From: the human T2T-CHM13v2.0 reference genome, Homo sapiens
Length of the DNA stretch: 64,000 nucleotides
NCBI RefSeq assembly: GCF_009914755.1
Contig: NC_060931.1
Direction: 5' to 3' (one strand)
Every line of letters starts with the position of its first letter. The first letter of the stretch is position 1. The notes under the pieces are model-generated. The model had not been told where the DNA came from and did not search any database. It saw only the letters and a program-made list of their open reading frames with translations. Shown in pieces: positions 1 to 20,207 of this stretch. A program made the translations under genes and the position numbers.

Positions 1-13
1 AACATAACACTCC

Positions 14-141
14 TGCTATGTTGCCCAGACTGGAGTGCGGCGGCTATTCAATTCACTGCAGCCTCTAACTCCTGGGCTGGAGCCATCCTCCCACCTCCTC
101 CCAAGTAGCTGGGACTACAGGCACATGCCACTGCACCCAGT
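14..141 (-). mobile_element. FAM/FRAM-type Alu monomer
   Basis: Short monomer retaining the 7SL-like GGCTATTCA. Confidence 0.65.
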
Positions 142-1023
142 CCCTTGTTATTCTCTTGAGCATCTCAAGATGAGAGTCATTGACTGAGGAATTGCTGGCC
201 AGTACATTGCAGCAGGGAGGGGAGGGACTTCAAATAATGAAACATTTCACAAGATCCTCCAATTTCCACTTGCTAATTTTGATTTTGGGTTTATCTTGCA
301 TTTCTTTTGCTTTTGTGGTTCAAAGCCTCCTCACTCTGGGCCCCAGCATCCACATTCTCTTTTGGGCAGATACTAATCCCTTTATTTATCATAATCTCCC
401 ATATCTGAATGTACTCACCATTTTGTAGTCATCTGAGCTAGTCCAACTTGATACCTGAATTATTTTCTTTGGCTGGAGTACTTCAGAAAGCAGCATGAAG
501 TTTTTGAAGTTTCTTTCTTTTATTGTTTTTCTTTCCAGTATGAGAAAACTCTTCTTCAACAAAGGACTATAATATTTTCTTTTCTGGTCAATATATTCAA
601 CCTCATTTAACACCTTTGCATCCACCTAAGAAAAAGAAAATTTCTAGATTTTCAAAGAATTACACAAATGGTTTCTTAGAATATAAATTCCCTATAAAAC
701 TGTGACATTGCTTTAATTCATGAAAATGTGTAACACGTTTCATGGTATTGATTTCTAAAATGCTTCTGGGCCTTAGAATGGATTTCAAGGTGCTAAAATC
801 AATTATTGATAAGCTGCAAGTTGGTTTTGAAATTTATTGAAAATGTTCTTTTTGCCCCTTGTCTGTTCTCTGCCTGCCTATTCTCTGCTCTGTGTAGCTT
901 CCTTGCTTCAACCCATCAGCCAGCAGTGGCTGAGTGCCCTCTGACCCTGTATTCTAGGTGCCATGGGGAATAGCAGGAAAGGAAAATGTACAATTCTATC
1001 TTCCAGATTAAAATGCAGATGCG

Positions 1024-1325
1024 GGTCAGGCACAGTGGCTATCACACCTGCAATCCCAGCACTTTGGGGGCCAAGGCAGGTGGATCACTTGAGGTCAGGA
1101 GTTCAAGACCAGCCTGGCCAACATGGTGAAACCCCATCTCTACAAAAAAATACAAAAATTAGCCAGACATGGTGGCAAGTGCCTGTAATCCTAGCCATTC
1201 GGGAGGCTGAGGCAGGAGAATCACTTGAACCCAGGAGGGGGAGGTTGCAGTGAGGTGAGATCCTGCCACTGTACTCCAGCCTGGGTGACAGAGTGAGACT
1301 CTGTCTCAAAAAAAAAAAAAAAAAA
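1024..1325 (+). mobile_element. AluS
   Basis: Full dimer, A tail, TSD ATTAAAATGCAGATG. Confidence 0.93.
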
Positions 1326-1414
1326 TTAAAATGCAGATGAGGAGATAAGGCTATCACAAGTGAGAGATTATGAAACAGTATAAGGTGGTATGTACAATGA
1401 TTACCATGATCTAA

Positions 1415-1950
<536 letters not shown>

Positions 1951-2327
1951 CCTACTAGTTTAATTGACTAGATAAACTGAACGATTTGTTTTCTTCATTC
2001 CTCTTTGACCAAGCGTGGGGCTATCCCAGAAAGTAATATGGCATTTTCTCACGGGACTATAATTGGAGTACTTTATTGAGAGAGGATATAACTTCCAAGC
2101 AGTGGCTTGGAACAAGCCACTCTCAGGGACATTCTTCACCCTTCTCCTCCCTTTCCTCTCACTTCAGTCATTGCTGTTACATAAACTCTGTCATCATTCT
2201 TTCCCCTGAAGTTCAAGTTTGCTTATCTGGGCAGTACCTTTTTCCAATGGGCTGGCCTGTAGTGAGCTTTGTCAGACATGCAGGTCTTCATATACTAACC
2301 AAAGGATCCTTCAGTTCTTATGTTACC

Positions 2328-2644
2328 TTTTTTTTTTTTTTTTTTTTTTTTGAGACAGGGTGTTGCTCTGTTGCCCTGGCTGGAGTGCAGTGGTGTGATC
2401 ATGGCTCACTGCAGCCTTGATTTCCTGGGCTCAGGTGATTCTCCCACCTCATTCTCCTGAGTAGCTGGGATTACAGGTGAACACCACCATGCCCAGCTAA
2501 TTTTTTTTTTTCTTTTGGCATTTTTGTATTTTGGGTAGAAATGGGTTTTCACCATGTTTCCCTGTCACTCCAGGACTCAAGTGATCTCTCCACCTCAGCC
2601 TCCCAAAATGCAGGGATTACAGGCATGAGCCACCGTGCCTGGCC
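2328..2644 (-). mobile_element. AluJ
   Basis: Diverged dimer with poly-T. Confidence 0.88.
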
Positions 2645-3324
2645 CTGTTACATTTCTTTTAACATTTTATAATTCTCAAACTTTGAGAAAGCAAAACCAT
2701 AACCTAGCATCCAAAGAAAGGCAATTTGAAAGCTGGCTGATTAGCTTTTTGTTTTAAATAGCTAGCTTGTCTTGCCATTTCAAGGCACTTAGTTTAATTT
2801 TTGGCCCTTTCTTGCTTATAATTTACCAAGTGCACAATATTGTAGGTTAGCAAGATTTGGACTCTTTGCCCTTGGTTCAGGCTCTGATGTTGTGATTCCC
2901 CTAAAGTGCATGTTTGATTTTACACACTCTACACCCTTCTCTTACTCAATCAAGATATGGAAATAAATAAAAATGTCTATTTCATACTTACCATATCTCC
3001 CTTTGGAAGAAAATTGCAAGGTGTAAGAGAATTCCCTAAGAAACGTACCTTAAAAGATAAAACTGGACTCCAGAAAATTTGCCAGACTGGGTTGCCAGAC
3101 TGAACTGTTCAACAGCCTCTCTGTGTGATTCCAAATGCCTTGGCCACCAAACTCCTCTTAGGACCTCCTTTGATTGTAAGTCAAATTTACACGCAACCAG
3201 TATTTCTTTGTCACTGCTTAGCTGCTTTTCTGCTTATTCCATTAAGATGAGCAATGTGACCAGCTATCCTTGGGAAGTGAATGCTTGCTTGGTTTGGTTA
3301 TCTTGCTATCATGACAAAATCTAA

Positions 3325-3782
<458 letters not shown>

Positions 3783-4521
3783 GTCAGGAATTACTCAGGC
3801 GACACTGAAGAGGATGTGTACATGGCTTCTTTCCATGGAAGGAGACAAACCACCTTGTATTATTGAAGAGAAAGACTCTGGTATCCCAGCCTTCTACTCT
3901 TACTATATACACAGTTTCTATTTTGGTCCTTTTTATAGCCTTCTTGTTATAGTTAGTGAGCAACAGTTAAGTCGAAAACCACAGTGAGGCCTTGGTTACA
4001 GCTTACCCTTGTTTTCAATCAACAAAAAATATGACTAATGTCACTGTGGCTCGACTCAACCACATATGTGGATTCAGGAGGCTTTGGACATGTGCTAGAG
4101 GCTGCTGGGGCTGACCAGCTGGAAGGACAGCAGTTAGCTGAACTTAGGCTCCAGGAATAAGATGTTGGTGAAGCCTGGGAAAATGTCTTCCGTGAGCTGG
4201 GGGTGGAAAGTTGTTGTGGAAGTAACCCTGAAGGAAAAAAGAGTTCTCTGGCTGGCTTGGCCCAGAGATACAGGCTGGAAATTAGTAAGAAGAGCAGATT
4301 TTGAGGCCAGCATTTCTCTAGCTAACTTCTAGCCCAGCGCCCCTTTTCCATCCTACTATTTCATACATGACCCCCAAGGGAAGCCATATCAGGTTCCTAG
4401 AGTTGGGAGAAGAGAGACTCAGGGGGAACCTGTACTGAAGTGACTGTGGCAGAGGCAGGGTGAGGCTGAAGAGCACCAGAACATGAGACATTTCCCCGCT
4501 GTCACTTAGTAACAAGGGCCC

Positions 4522-5372
4522 TGTGATGATTAATTTTATCTGTCAACTTGAGGGAGGCTGAGGCACAAGAATTGCTTGAGCCTGGGAGGTGGAAGTTGCA
4601 GTGAGCCAAGATCGTGCCACTGCACTCCAGCCTGGGCAACAAAGTGAGACTCCATCTCAAAAAATAAAATAAAAATACAATACAATACAATAAAATTGGC
4701 CGGGCACAGTGGCTCACACCTGTAATCCCAGTACTTTGGGAGGCCAAGGTGGGGGGATCACTTGAGGTCGGGAGTTCGAGAACAGCCTGGCCAACATGAT
4801 GAAATCCCGTCTCTACTAAAAACACAAAAATTAGCCGGGCATAGCGGCACATGCCTGTAGTCCCAGCTACTCAGGGAGCTGAGGCAGGAGAATCGCTTGA
4901 ACTCAGGAGGCGGGGGTTGCAGTGAGCCGAGATCATGCCACACTGCACTCCAGCCTGGGCGACAGAGTACAACTTTGGCAAAAATAAAATAAAATAAATA
5001 AAATTTTATCTGTCAACTTGGCTGGGCCACAATGCCCAGATACTTGGTCAAACATTATTCTGGCCCCATCCAATTGATTGAAGGCCTGAATAGAACAAAA
5101 GGCTGACACCCACCCACTCCCCAACCCACACCCGAAGAGGGACTTCTGCAGCAGGCTGCCTTTGGACTTTGTCTGCAACATCAGTTCTTCAGGGTTCACT
5201 GGCAGACTGCCTTTGAACTTGAGCTGCAATGCTTTCCTGAGGCTTCCCTGGTAAGATTTCAAACTTGCCAAGCCTTCACAATCACATCAGCCAATTCCTT
5301 AAGACAAATATTTTTATATGTATATACACACACATCCTTTTGGTTCTGTTTCTCTGGGAGCCCTGCTAATAT
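4522..5372 (+). mobile_element. MLT2 (ERVL) LTR interrupted by a truncated Alu (4551-4697) and a full Alu (4698-5000)
   Basis: TGTGATGATTAATTTTAT.TGTCAACTTG start, GGTTCTGTTTCTCTGG end; 19-bp duplication AATTTTATCTGTCAACTTG (4532-4550, 5002-5020) brackets the Alus. Confidence 0.82.
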
Positions 5373-5649
5373 AAGCAGTATTTCTTTCTCCAGGATTAGC
5401 CATTGGAACAGATTGTAAGTGCAGCTCTGACCTCACCAAAAGGAGACAGTAATCCAGGGACAGGAGCTTTCTGGATAGGAGCTGAGGCTTTAGTGCAGTG
5501 ACTTAGTAAAGACAGCCAATTAAAGAGTCCTGTGAGAAACGCTCACAACGCCTTCAACTAGATAAGGGGTACTGGGAACTCCCACTTCTAAGTATGCTCA
5601 TGGCCGGTGTATCTTTGGAGAAATGTGGGTTTGCTGAAATTCCAGAGCA

Positions 5650-6777
<1,128 letters not shown>

Positions 6778-6834
6778 TCCAGAGCAATTCCCTCCTGCCC
6801 TGTCTGAGATTTGATGTAAAAAATGCGTCTTCCA

Positions 6835-7482
<648 letters not shown>

Positions 7483-8244
7483 TTAGTCTCAGGCTGGCTC
7501 TCCAGACCCAGAAGGGGTCATCTCAAATTTCTGCTCTTTGTGGACAGAGCTAATCAAATACTTTTTGGGTAGGGACAGCAGACATTGCCATATTCAGCTT
7601 CTTGAAGCTCCTTCAGACAGTGGAAGCTGGACCTTGAAGCTCCCCTAACAAATAATGTAGCAATTGTTGAGAGTCCTCATGGTCATGGGATAATGCTTGG
7701 CAGTCAACAGGGGCTCACATTCTGAAATAAGTAACGCCAACATGGTCATGCTTACTGAAAACTGTAAACTACTTTGAAGCATACAGAAATGTGTATTCTG
7801 AAATAAGAGACAGGCTGATAAAAGAGGAAAAGAAAAAGGGGTTTGCTTGGTTCTTAAGAGACAGGGATGGGAGTTCCCTGTAAGCAGAGTTGCACAAGAG
7901 ATGGTATGGAGGCAGAAAAGAGGAAGCAGGGAGCAAGGCAAGGCCAAAGTCAACTGAAACAGGAAAACTAGCCAGAAAGCACATTGCTTGCTCTTTGAAG
8001 ACATTTCCTTCAAGTTCTGCCTTGCCCCAAAACCTAACCCAGGCCAGGGTGGTGAGCGCTCTCACCTCTGAGCCTCTGACACATGGACTGCATGTACTGC
8101 TATTGCTCCTTGGCATATGGCCCAATTTTCTGAAATCATAAGCATTTCTGTGCAACCATCCTGTCACTCCAGTTAAATTTCAAGACAGATTTTTTTTTTG
8201 AATAGTATATCCTTAGTGGAAGAAATAGGAACCATTTTATTTTA

Positions 8245-8545
8245 TTCATTTATTTTTTTTGAGACGGAGTCTTGCTCTGTCACCCAGGCTGTAGTGGAAT
8301 GGCGCGATCTTGGCTCACTGTAACTTCTGCCTCCTGGGTTCAAGCCATTCTTCTGCCTCAGCCTCCTGAGTAGCTGGGATTACAGGCGCCCGCTACCACA
8401 CCCAGCTAATTTTTTTTTGTATATTTAGTAGAGACGGGGTTTTGCCATATTGGCCAGTCTAGTCTCGAACTCCTAACTTCAGGTGATCCACCCACCTCAG
8501 CCTACCAAATTGCAGGGATTACAGGCGTCAGCCACCGCGCCCGGC
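8245..8545 (-). mobile_element. AluS
   Basis: Full dimer. Confidence 0.92.
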
Positions 8546-9612
8546 TCCAGACTGGGTTTTTTAGCAAAGAAGGAATTAATACAGGGAAGTTGGTGCTCAT
8601 GAAATAGTTGAAAGTACTGAAGGAATAAGCATGTAGGCTGGGGCCTTCTGGAATGTCTACCTGAATGCCACAGAACTGACCCTCATTTCCCTCCCTCCAG
8701 AAGCTACAACCTCAGCCCAGATTAGCAGGCTGAGGGGTCAGGAGGCTGTCACTGGAGCTGTTGAGCTCATGAACACGCCGAAGTTGCTGCGCTCCAGAAA
8801 TGTGGAAGTTGGAATGAAGAGCCACCACTGCTGCCACCAACATGAAGCTTGACCAAGCAAGCCAAGAAAAGATGGCCAAGAGCCTCTGCCTTCCTTCTGC
8901 CTTCTGCAACGCAATGGTGAGCTGCACATCCACAACTTGAAGGGAGTCTGGGAAATGCAGAGTTAAACTTTCTAGCCTCTCTAAGCTTTCAACTGTTACA
9001 GAAAGGCAACCCAGGAGGAGACTGGAATAAATGCTGAGTGCCAATTTCCAACACAAGTAGTCATTATAATTGGGGTGAGTGTTATCTTGCCCTGGCTCAG
9101 GGGTAATCTTGTGTTGGTTCTGTTCATCCCCACCAAAATCAAGTGCAGGGCTTATTCTCCCTTCCCTAACCATCAGGTCACTAGGGGTCCAGGGCCTCAC
9201 CTTCCTTCTCAAGAGTTAATGAGCATTCCAGGATGTTGTAAGGAAGGACTGTCCATATGGAATAGGGAGGACACAAACCCAACATTTTGCTCTGACTGTT
9301 AGCCAATAAACAATGTCCTGGTTGTTGCTTGCTGTCAGGCATAAGTCCTCACTAGACACCTACCAGAAGGCAACTAACCCAGTGGTCTGGCATAGGCAAA
9401 GGGGCTTACTAAAATGTAGGCTGGCACTCACTTCTAGCCCTCTCCTCCTGTCCCCACCACCTCTCTGTCTTATCACTTCCCTTCTATCTCCCCTCCTCCC
9501 TCAGCCTAGAGAATATTTTTCTAACTTAGGTAAGGAGCTTTGCTGTTATTCCTGATGTTTTCTCCTAAATCTTTTACCAGTTTGTTCTCTCCAGTTCACT
9601 AAGGATCTAGAC

Positions 9613-9797
9613 CAGTGGTTTTCAATCTGCAGCCTACATCTGAGTCACCTGGAGGGCCTGTTAAAACACAGAACGTGGAGCCCAACCCCCAGAGGTGCTG
9701 ATTCAGTAGGTCTGGGGTAGGGCCCAAGAATTTCCCTTTCTAACGAGTATCCAGGTGATGCTGATGTGGTCTGGAGACCATACTTTGAGAACCACCG
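9613..9797. mobile_element. MER5A (hAT MITE)
   Basis: TIRs CAGTGGTTTTCAA ... TTGAGAACCACCG; internal GATTCAGTAGGTCTGGGGT. Confidence 0.88.
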
Positions 9798-10329
9798 GCC
9801 CAGGCTTTTGAAACTGAAAAACTTTGCTTTCTGCTTGTAAGACCCATCTCTTAGATAGGAGCAAAGAATGGTTTGTCTGTTCAAATGGGGAGATGGAATA
9901 GAAGAAAAAAAATCTAGAAGAAAAAAATCAAAATCAATGTTTTAAAAATAGTATTCTAGCATTCAGTAGTAATAATATAACCCCTTTGCTATGCCTTTAA
10001 TATCTGGAAGAGAGAAGCTTGAGTACTTGCAAAATCTTGCCCCTGGATGGTGCAAAATAATGTCTCATTTTCCTCTTGAGTCTTTTGTCTTTGCCAAATC
10101 TATCTTAGAGGACAAAAAGGAGCAAGTCCTTCCTCCCTGCTTTCCTCTGTCTCCTCTTCTCTTTCCTCATGATGCTTCGGTCTCTTCTGTTATCCCTTGG
10201 CTCACCCCTCAGTCTTGATTTTTCTCACTCTGTGTTCCTAGCTGTCAGTCACGTGGACCTAATCCAGTGTTCTCCCAAGTAGAGGGGCTTAAGCTACTAC
10301 TTTCAGGCTGTGCTGAGTGATATACATAC

Positions 10330-10465
10330 AATGCCTCATTGACAATCCTGAAGGATGGTATTTTGCTTCTCATTTCACAGATGAGGAAACAGATGCTCAG
10401 AGAGATCACACTGCTAGGAATTGGTGAATCCAGAATTTGAGTCCAGTTTGTTTAGCTCCCAGTCC
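10330..10465 (-). mobile_element. MIR
   Basis: Core CATTTCACAGATGAGGAAAC.GA.GCTCAGAGAG. Confidence 0.75.
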
Positions 10466-10531
10466 CAGGTCCTTCCCACATGTTCATGATCTTGTGTCCT
10501 TTTGCATCCCCAGCCCACAGGACAAAAACCT

Positions 10532-10874
10532 TGTCATGCTTGGGGTCAGGTTCTGGCCCCAGCTGAGGGCTGAGGGGAGTGGGTGGACACAGGGCAGGGA
10601 GCTGGAAGAACACCTGAGAGACAGCATGTAAGTGAGACATGGCTTTATTCAGCAGCCCCTTTACAGGGTCAGTGTTACATTTATACACTACACAGACAAT
10701 AGTGGCTGAGAGCCAGGTGGTGAGCTTCTCTATGTTATGTCTACATGGCTATGATTGTATAAGACACGAGACTGCACTTGCGCCCCAATACTGCTGAGTC
10801 ATTTAGGCTGTTTACCTTGACCTATGCCTGCTGCTCTATGCCTGCTTGGCTGCAGCACAGCCATGTTCCTTACA
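10532..10874 (-). mobile_element. Solo LTR, LTR18-family (ERVL)
   Basis: Minus strand starts TGTAAGGAACATGGCTGTGCT and ends TGACA; 5-bp TSD AACCT/GACCT; AP-1 TGAGTCA at 10795; TATA and AATAAA on the minus strand. Confidence 0.72.
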
Positions 10875-11007
10875 GACCTTCAGATGGAGATTTGCAATGA
10901 GTGCACTAAAAGAGACTCCATGTCAGATGCCAATCTCTGGGCCAAATCTTTGTGGGATACTTTACTCATAGTAGGAACTGCAGGACCACTACTTCCACTG
11001 GAGCATT

Positions 11008-11011
11008 TGTG

Positions 11012-11043
<32 letters not shown>

Positions 11044-11054
11044 CGTGTGTGTGT
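11008..11054 (+). repeat. Imperfect (TG)n microsatellite
   Basis: Seen directly. Confidence 0.95.
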
Positions 11055-11729
11055 TTTCATGTGTGGGACATTCTTTTTGAAAATGAACATGGTGGGAAAT
11101 TATGGTCTCACCCTCAAAATCCAACCAAATTCTCAGCAAACCCCAGATTGTGTAGGTTGTAGGAAAGAAGCATGTTAGTTTTGGCAGAAATACTCTTAGT
11201 CTGGCAGTAAATTTCTTAAAACATAAAAATGCTTTTTAACATCCTGTTTTTGTCCTCCTTTTGTTGATTTTTGAGCATTTCTTCCCAAGCAAGGAATTAT
11301 GTAGCAAGATTTGAAAATTACCAAACTTTATTTTGTTAGTTTTCTTTGGTTCCTTTTCTATGTTTCTGTATACCTTATCTGCTTTAAACTTTAAACTCAA
11401 GGATTAAAGTGACTCTAAAGCACTTCGGAGTGATCCAGGAACCACATGGGGCTGGATAGCAGTTTCCTAGAGCAAAATGACAAGCCCTGAAAAGCTTACT
11501 GTAGGCCATCGAGTTCATACATGGCCCCCTGTCAGTGGGTAGATAAGCTGTGAACCTAGGAATATGGATGCCTGTGATAACTGGTCCTCACTCTTCTTCC
11601 TAGACAAAGTTTCAGATCTCTGTGTCTTTCTGGGCATCTTCGAAAACTTCCATTCCCCATTTGCCATGTAAGCCAGACTCATGTAGAAGTTAGGATTTGT
11701 AGACCCTGGAGGTAAACAGCTTCCTCCAG

Positions 11730-12619
<890 letters not shown>

Positions 12620-13145
12620 CTATGAACATCTTCCTGGCTTCTAGACTGGTAAATGAACTCAGAAAGTCCTGGTCCTTACCAAAGATGGGTGGTAGTAGCA
12701 ATTCCTCCAACAATTTACCCCTCATCAGCAACATGTGTCATCCTTTTAGTTAGGCCTCCTTTGCTGCTCCATGTCACAGATTAAAACACAGAGGCAAAAG
12801 TCAAAGGTTAAGTAACCTAGCTTGTCTTCAAAAGCCCTGCTGTGAAATGTGGCCTTCCATGGTTCCAGTCTACTCAAGGTGGCTTGGAAGCCATGAAACC
12901 TCAATCTTGGCTCTGCCATTAACTAGCTGTGTGATACAGGACAAGTCACTTCACTTCTCTGAGCTTTAGGTCTCAATAGTAAAATAAAAGGCTTGAGACA
13001 GAACCCTGTGACTTGGGGCTCCCTAGATCTTGGGGAAACCTGTACACATCTCAGCGAGCTGACAGATGTCTGCACTGAGATTAACTTTGATCATTGTCGG
13101 CCATTTCTACTGACAGTGAAGCCAGCTGAAGTAGTAGAAGCATAA

Positions 13146-13477
<332 letters not shown>

Positions 13478-14739
13478 AGAGATGACCAGTTTTCTGATGA
13501 ATGGTGTCCAAAGGCTAGGCCCAGACCCAAGGCCTGTAGGGAGGCAGTATAGCTGAGATCTGCACAGTCCCTTCGACAAACATACCATGTGTGGGATAGA
13601 TGAAGGGGCAAAGGAACCTTGAGAACCCTTGGCCAGTGATTAAGAGTATTTACCTGGCATCAGAAAGATCTAGTCTAGGTTCAACTTAAAGCTGTGCTAT
13701 TTACTCTTTGCGTGACCTTGAGCAAGTCAACCTCTCCCAGCCTCAGTTTCTCCAAGTGTTGTGGTCATAATTAAATGAATTTAAGTACTGATGTACTTAA
13801 GACAGTTCCTGAGACAGACTGAGCTCTTAACTGCCATTAATTACTGCTATCGATGTGAATATTCGAGCAGCACCAGCTGATGGGAAGGAGGAGGATCCAG
13901 GATTGGGTGGGTGGGTGACAGCAAGCAGGGAACTAACCTGGCTGGCTAGACTGGCCTGGGAAAGGTAACCAGGTGGGCTGAGTAGATAAGGCAAGCTGGG
14001 ATCTGGTTCAGTTGATTATCAGTATCTTCAGGGAGCAAAGTAAGCAGCTGGAATGACTGTGAGAGAGTGGGGATAGTAGACCAAAGTCAGGAAGGAGTCA
14101 TGGCTCTTGAGCAATTGACTTAATCCAAGCAGAGCCCCAGCCAGTAGGGACTGAGGAAGGTTGGAGAGGAAAGTATATTGGCAAAGAGGAAGACAGGGTG
14201 ATTGAATCCCAGCTGACAGGCGGAGTCCAGTCCTAATAAGGGAAACTGAGGCACAAGGGCATCCTAATGAACTAGGTCACTGCAAAGTGGACTGTCCAAT
14301 AGAGGAAGGAAGGGGAGAAAAGGCTGTGATGAGGTAAACCTTGAACTCTCAGAGCTCTGTTGTAGCCCAGGAGATAATTACCAGCCTGCTAGGCCTGGCA
14401 GGGTCGGTGGGGCTGAGCCTTCCGAAGTTCTTTCTAGAGCAGTCATGGTCACCAGTGACTCGAGCCAGTTTACTCCCCTCTTGCACCCAGCCACTCAATC
14501 AGAGTGCAAACTGCCCGATGCCAGACCACAGCTCCTAGCAATGTGATAATCTGGTGCCCAGGAATGTGAGAATGGTCAGTGCACAGGAATCTGAGGCAGA
14601 GAGGATATATGGTGACCACTCCTCAACAGTGGCAAGAGCCTGTACTTGGAAGAAAAGGATTTTTCTTATCTTCCTAGGACAAACCTGTACTTTGTTACTA
14701 GAAGAGAGCTCCTGGGTTTGCCCGAGCTGTCTGCTCAGG

Positions 14740-15035
14740 TTTTTTTTCTTTTTGGAAACAGTTTCGTTCTTGTTGCCCAGGCTGGAGTGCAATATGGCAA
14801 GATCTTGGCTCATCACAACCTCCACCTCCTGGGTTCAAGTGATTCTCCTGCCTCAGCCTCCTGAGTAGCTGGGATTACAGGTGCCTGCCACCACGCCCAG
14901 TTAATTTTTTGTATTTTTAGTAGAGATGGGGTTTCACCATGTTGGCCAGGATGGTCTCGATCTCCTGACCTCGTGATCCGCCCCCCTCAGCCTCCCAGAG
15001 TGCTGGGATTACAGGTGTGAGCCACTATGCCTGGC
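14740..15035 (-). mobile_element. AluS
   Basis: TSD TGTCTGCTCAG. Confidence 0.92.
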
Positions 15036-15664
15036 CTTGTCTGCTCAGTTTTATAACGATCGCTGAAGCAAAATGAAATGGAAAGGTTGGAGAGTAAGAG
15101 TAAATAAAATGACTTGGCCTGCACATTTTGTGGAATTTCCCCAAATAGTTTACCAAATATGAAATGCTTCGGGCTCAAATGGGATTTTTTTGTTTGTTTC
15201 TTTCTTTTAATTTAGAAGCAACCCTGAATATTTGACCCCTGGTATAAATTGTGTTACCAGAAGCCTAGAAATTTGTATTTCAAATTTCCTGTCATTTTTT
15301 TTTCTTTTTTTACACATTTGTTTGTAGTCATTCACTACTCATTTAAGGAAAAAAAAAATCACTATCTGGGATGGATAGCAGTTTTTCTAAATTTCATAGT
15401 AATTTTTTTACCTGTTCATAAGATTTTGATTTACTTTAACATCTCTTTGGGGCATAGTTCAAAATATCTACTGCTCCCTTACAAATCACTACATGATTTT
15501 GGCTTCAGCTTTGTTTGAATTTATTGAGCTTTTCTGTTTATGTTGCCTGCAAGCCAACTGTCTACATAAAGCACTCTTCCACTTCAGTTTTGTGCCACAG
15601 GACTTCATCTACCCAAGTCTGAAACAAGTTCCCAGAGGAATTAGCTTTATCTCCTTACTAATAA

Positions 15665-17912
<2,248 letters not shown>

Positions 17913-18825
17913 TAGAGTTTTTTGTTTTTTGTTTTTTAATTGAAGAGTAGATGTAAATTGTTTGCCTAGACTGTTTAAAAACATGTTTAAAATGGTACTT
18001 CCAGACCAATGATGAGAATGTGTCCTGAAACAGGTATTATTACTGATTTAATTCTGTGCTCCTGAAGTTTATTTTAAAAATAGCATATTGTAAAGGAGAT
18101 AATCCTAGATTGTGTGGGTATAGTGTGTGCATTTCTATATGTATATAGCAGTCATAAAGTAATATTCTGGGCACCACAAATCTAAAAAACGTCCAAGTCA
18201 TGGAATCATAGTAGAGATGTCAAAGGGAGGGAAAGGGTGAGAAAAGGGTGAACTGAAAAAACCTGATAGTATTATTTCTTCCTGCTCAGGGTTAATAATA
18301 TAGTAAAAAGAGATTTTTATTACATACAACTAGAAAGGACCAATTAGAGTGTGGAAAGTGTTCCTTTGCATAGTCAAATGATAGGCAGGGGAATATAATT
18401 TCACCAGAAATTACTATAGCGAGTTTCAATAAAGGACTGCAGAACAATAAGGCCTTGTTAATCCCATACTGGTCTGTTCAAATAGTGTGTAATTCAAAGC
18501 AATTGCTGCTCCCTAGGCAGGAATTTACAATTGCTACATGTGAAGGGAGGATAATGTGTCATTCCAAGGGGAAATCAGGTTCTGGAAAGGGCCTCCTGGC
18601 TGCAGAACTGTATGTGTCCCCAAACAGCTCCACAGCAGGCCAAGTTAAACAAAATAAGTAGAGAACCACCCTGTGAAATGAGTCTGCTTCGAATTGATCT
18701 GTATTTGCCTTGCTCTCTCCTGCCTTTTTGGTGGATGACAAAATGTCCCCAAACCAAGGATCAAGAGGGGAAGGCAGAGAAACTCAGACCTGAATAAGCT
18801 ATCACTTAGAAATTGACTGCCTCCA

Positions 18826-19206
<381 letters not shown>

Positions 19207-19615
19207 TCATTCAAGTGAACTGCAGCCTACATGTACGGACTGTATGTATATTTAATTGATAATAGTGATGCATACAGAGCACCATCCCTGGGCATAGAAA
19301 CACTGGACAAGAGTCAAACATGAGTCAACTGTAAGAGGAGGCTTGAATCGTAATACATTTTGAACAATTATGGTCAATAATCCTTCAGAGAACAACCCTT
19401 CAGTTCTACGTTGTCATTTTTGTGGAATTAAATGTGAACAGCTTAAAATTCCATACTGTTTTAAAACTCAGCTTTGAATTCCAATGACTGACTAATCCAT
19501 GCTCCCAGGGACACCAAGCTATGTCAGTCCTCCAACAACATATTGTGAGGCCACGCTGAGCTGCTAATTCCTGTGGACTAGCTAATTAGGTAAAAAATTA
19601 AATTAAAAACGAAAA

Positions 19616-19886
19616 GCCCAGGCATGGTGGCTCATGCCTGTAATCCTAGCAGTTTGGGAGGCTTAGGCAGGAGGATTGCTTGAGCCTAGGAGTTTGAGAC
19701 CAGCCTGAGCAACAAAGTGAGCCCCTGTCTATACAAAAAAATAAAAAATTTAAAAAAAAATTAGCATGGTGGCACACACCTGTGGTCTGAGCTACATGGG
19801 AGGCTGAGGCAGGAGTATTGCCTGAGCCTAGGAATTGAGGCTGCAGTGAGCTGTGTTTGTGCCACTGCACTCCAGCCTGGACAACA
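19616..19886 (+). mobile_element. AluJ with tail replaced by a purine repeat
   Basis: Diverged dimer. Confidence 0.85.
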
Positions 19887-20013
19887 GAGGAGAGGAGAGG
19901 AGGAGAGGGGAGGGGAGGGGAGAGGAGGGGAGAAGAGGGGAGGGGAGGGGAGAGGAGAGGGGAGGGGAGGGGAGGGGAGAAGAGGGGAGGGGAGGGGAGA
20001 GGAGAGGAGAGGG
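19887..20013 (+). repeat. (GGAGA/GGGGA)n pure-purine pentamer tract
   Basis: About 125 nt of only G and A. Confidence 0.95.
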
Positions 20014-20207
20014 AAAACTCTAGAGGTAAAATCATTATGCAGAACCCACTGGTGTGCTATTTTTGACACGAGGACTGCCTATTAGGTGCTCAGGAAATAA
20101 ATAAGAATCTTAGATGAGACATCCCAGCAGATTAGGATCCAAAAGATCTGTCTGGAATTCTGAGATGCCATAACACGTAGTAACATGCACACAGCATTAA
20201 AAGGCTG

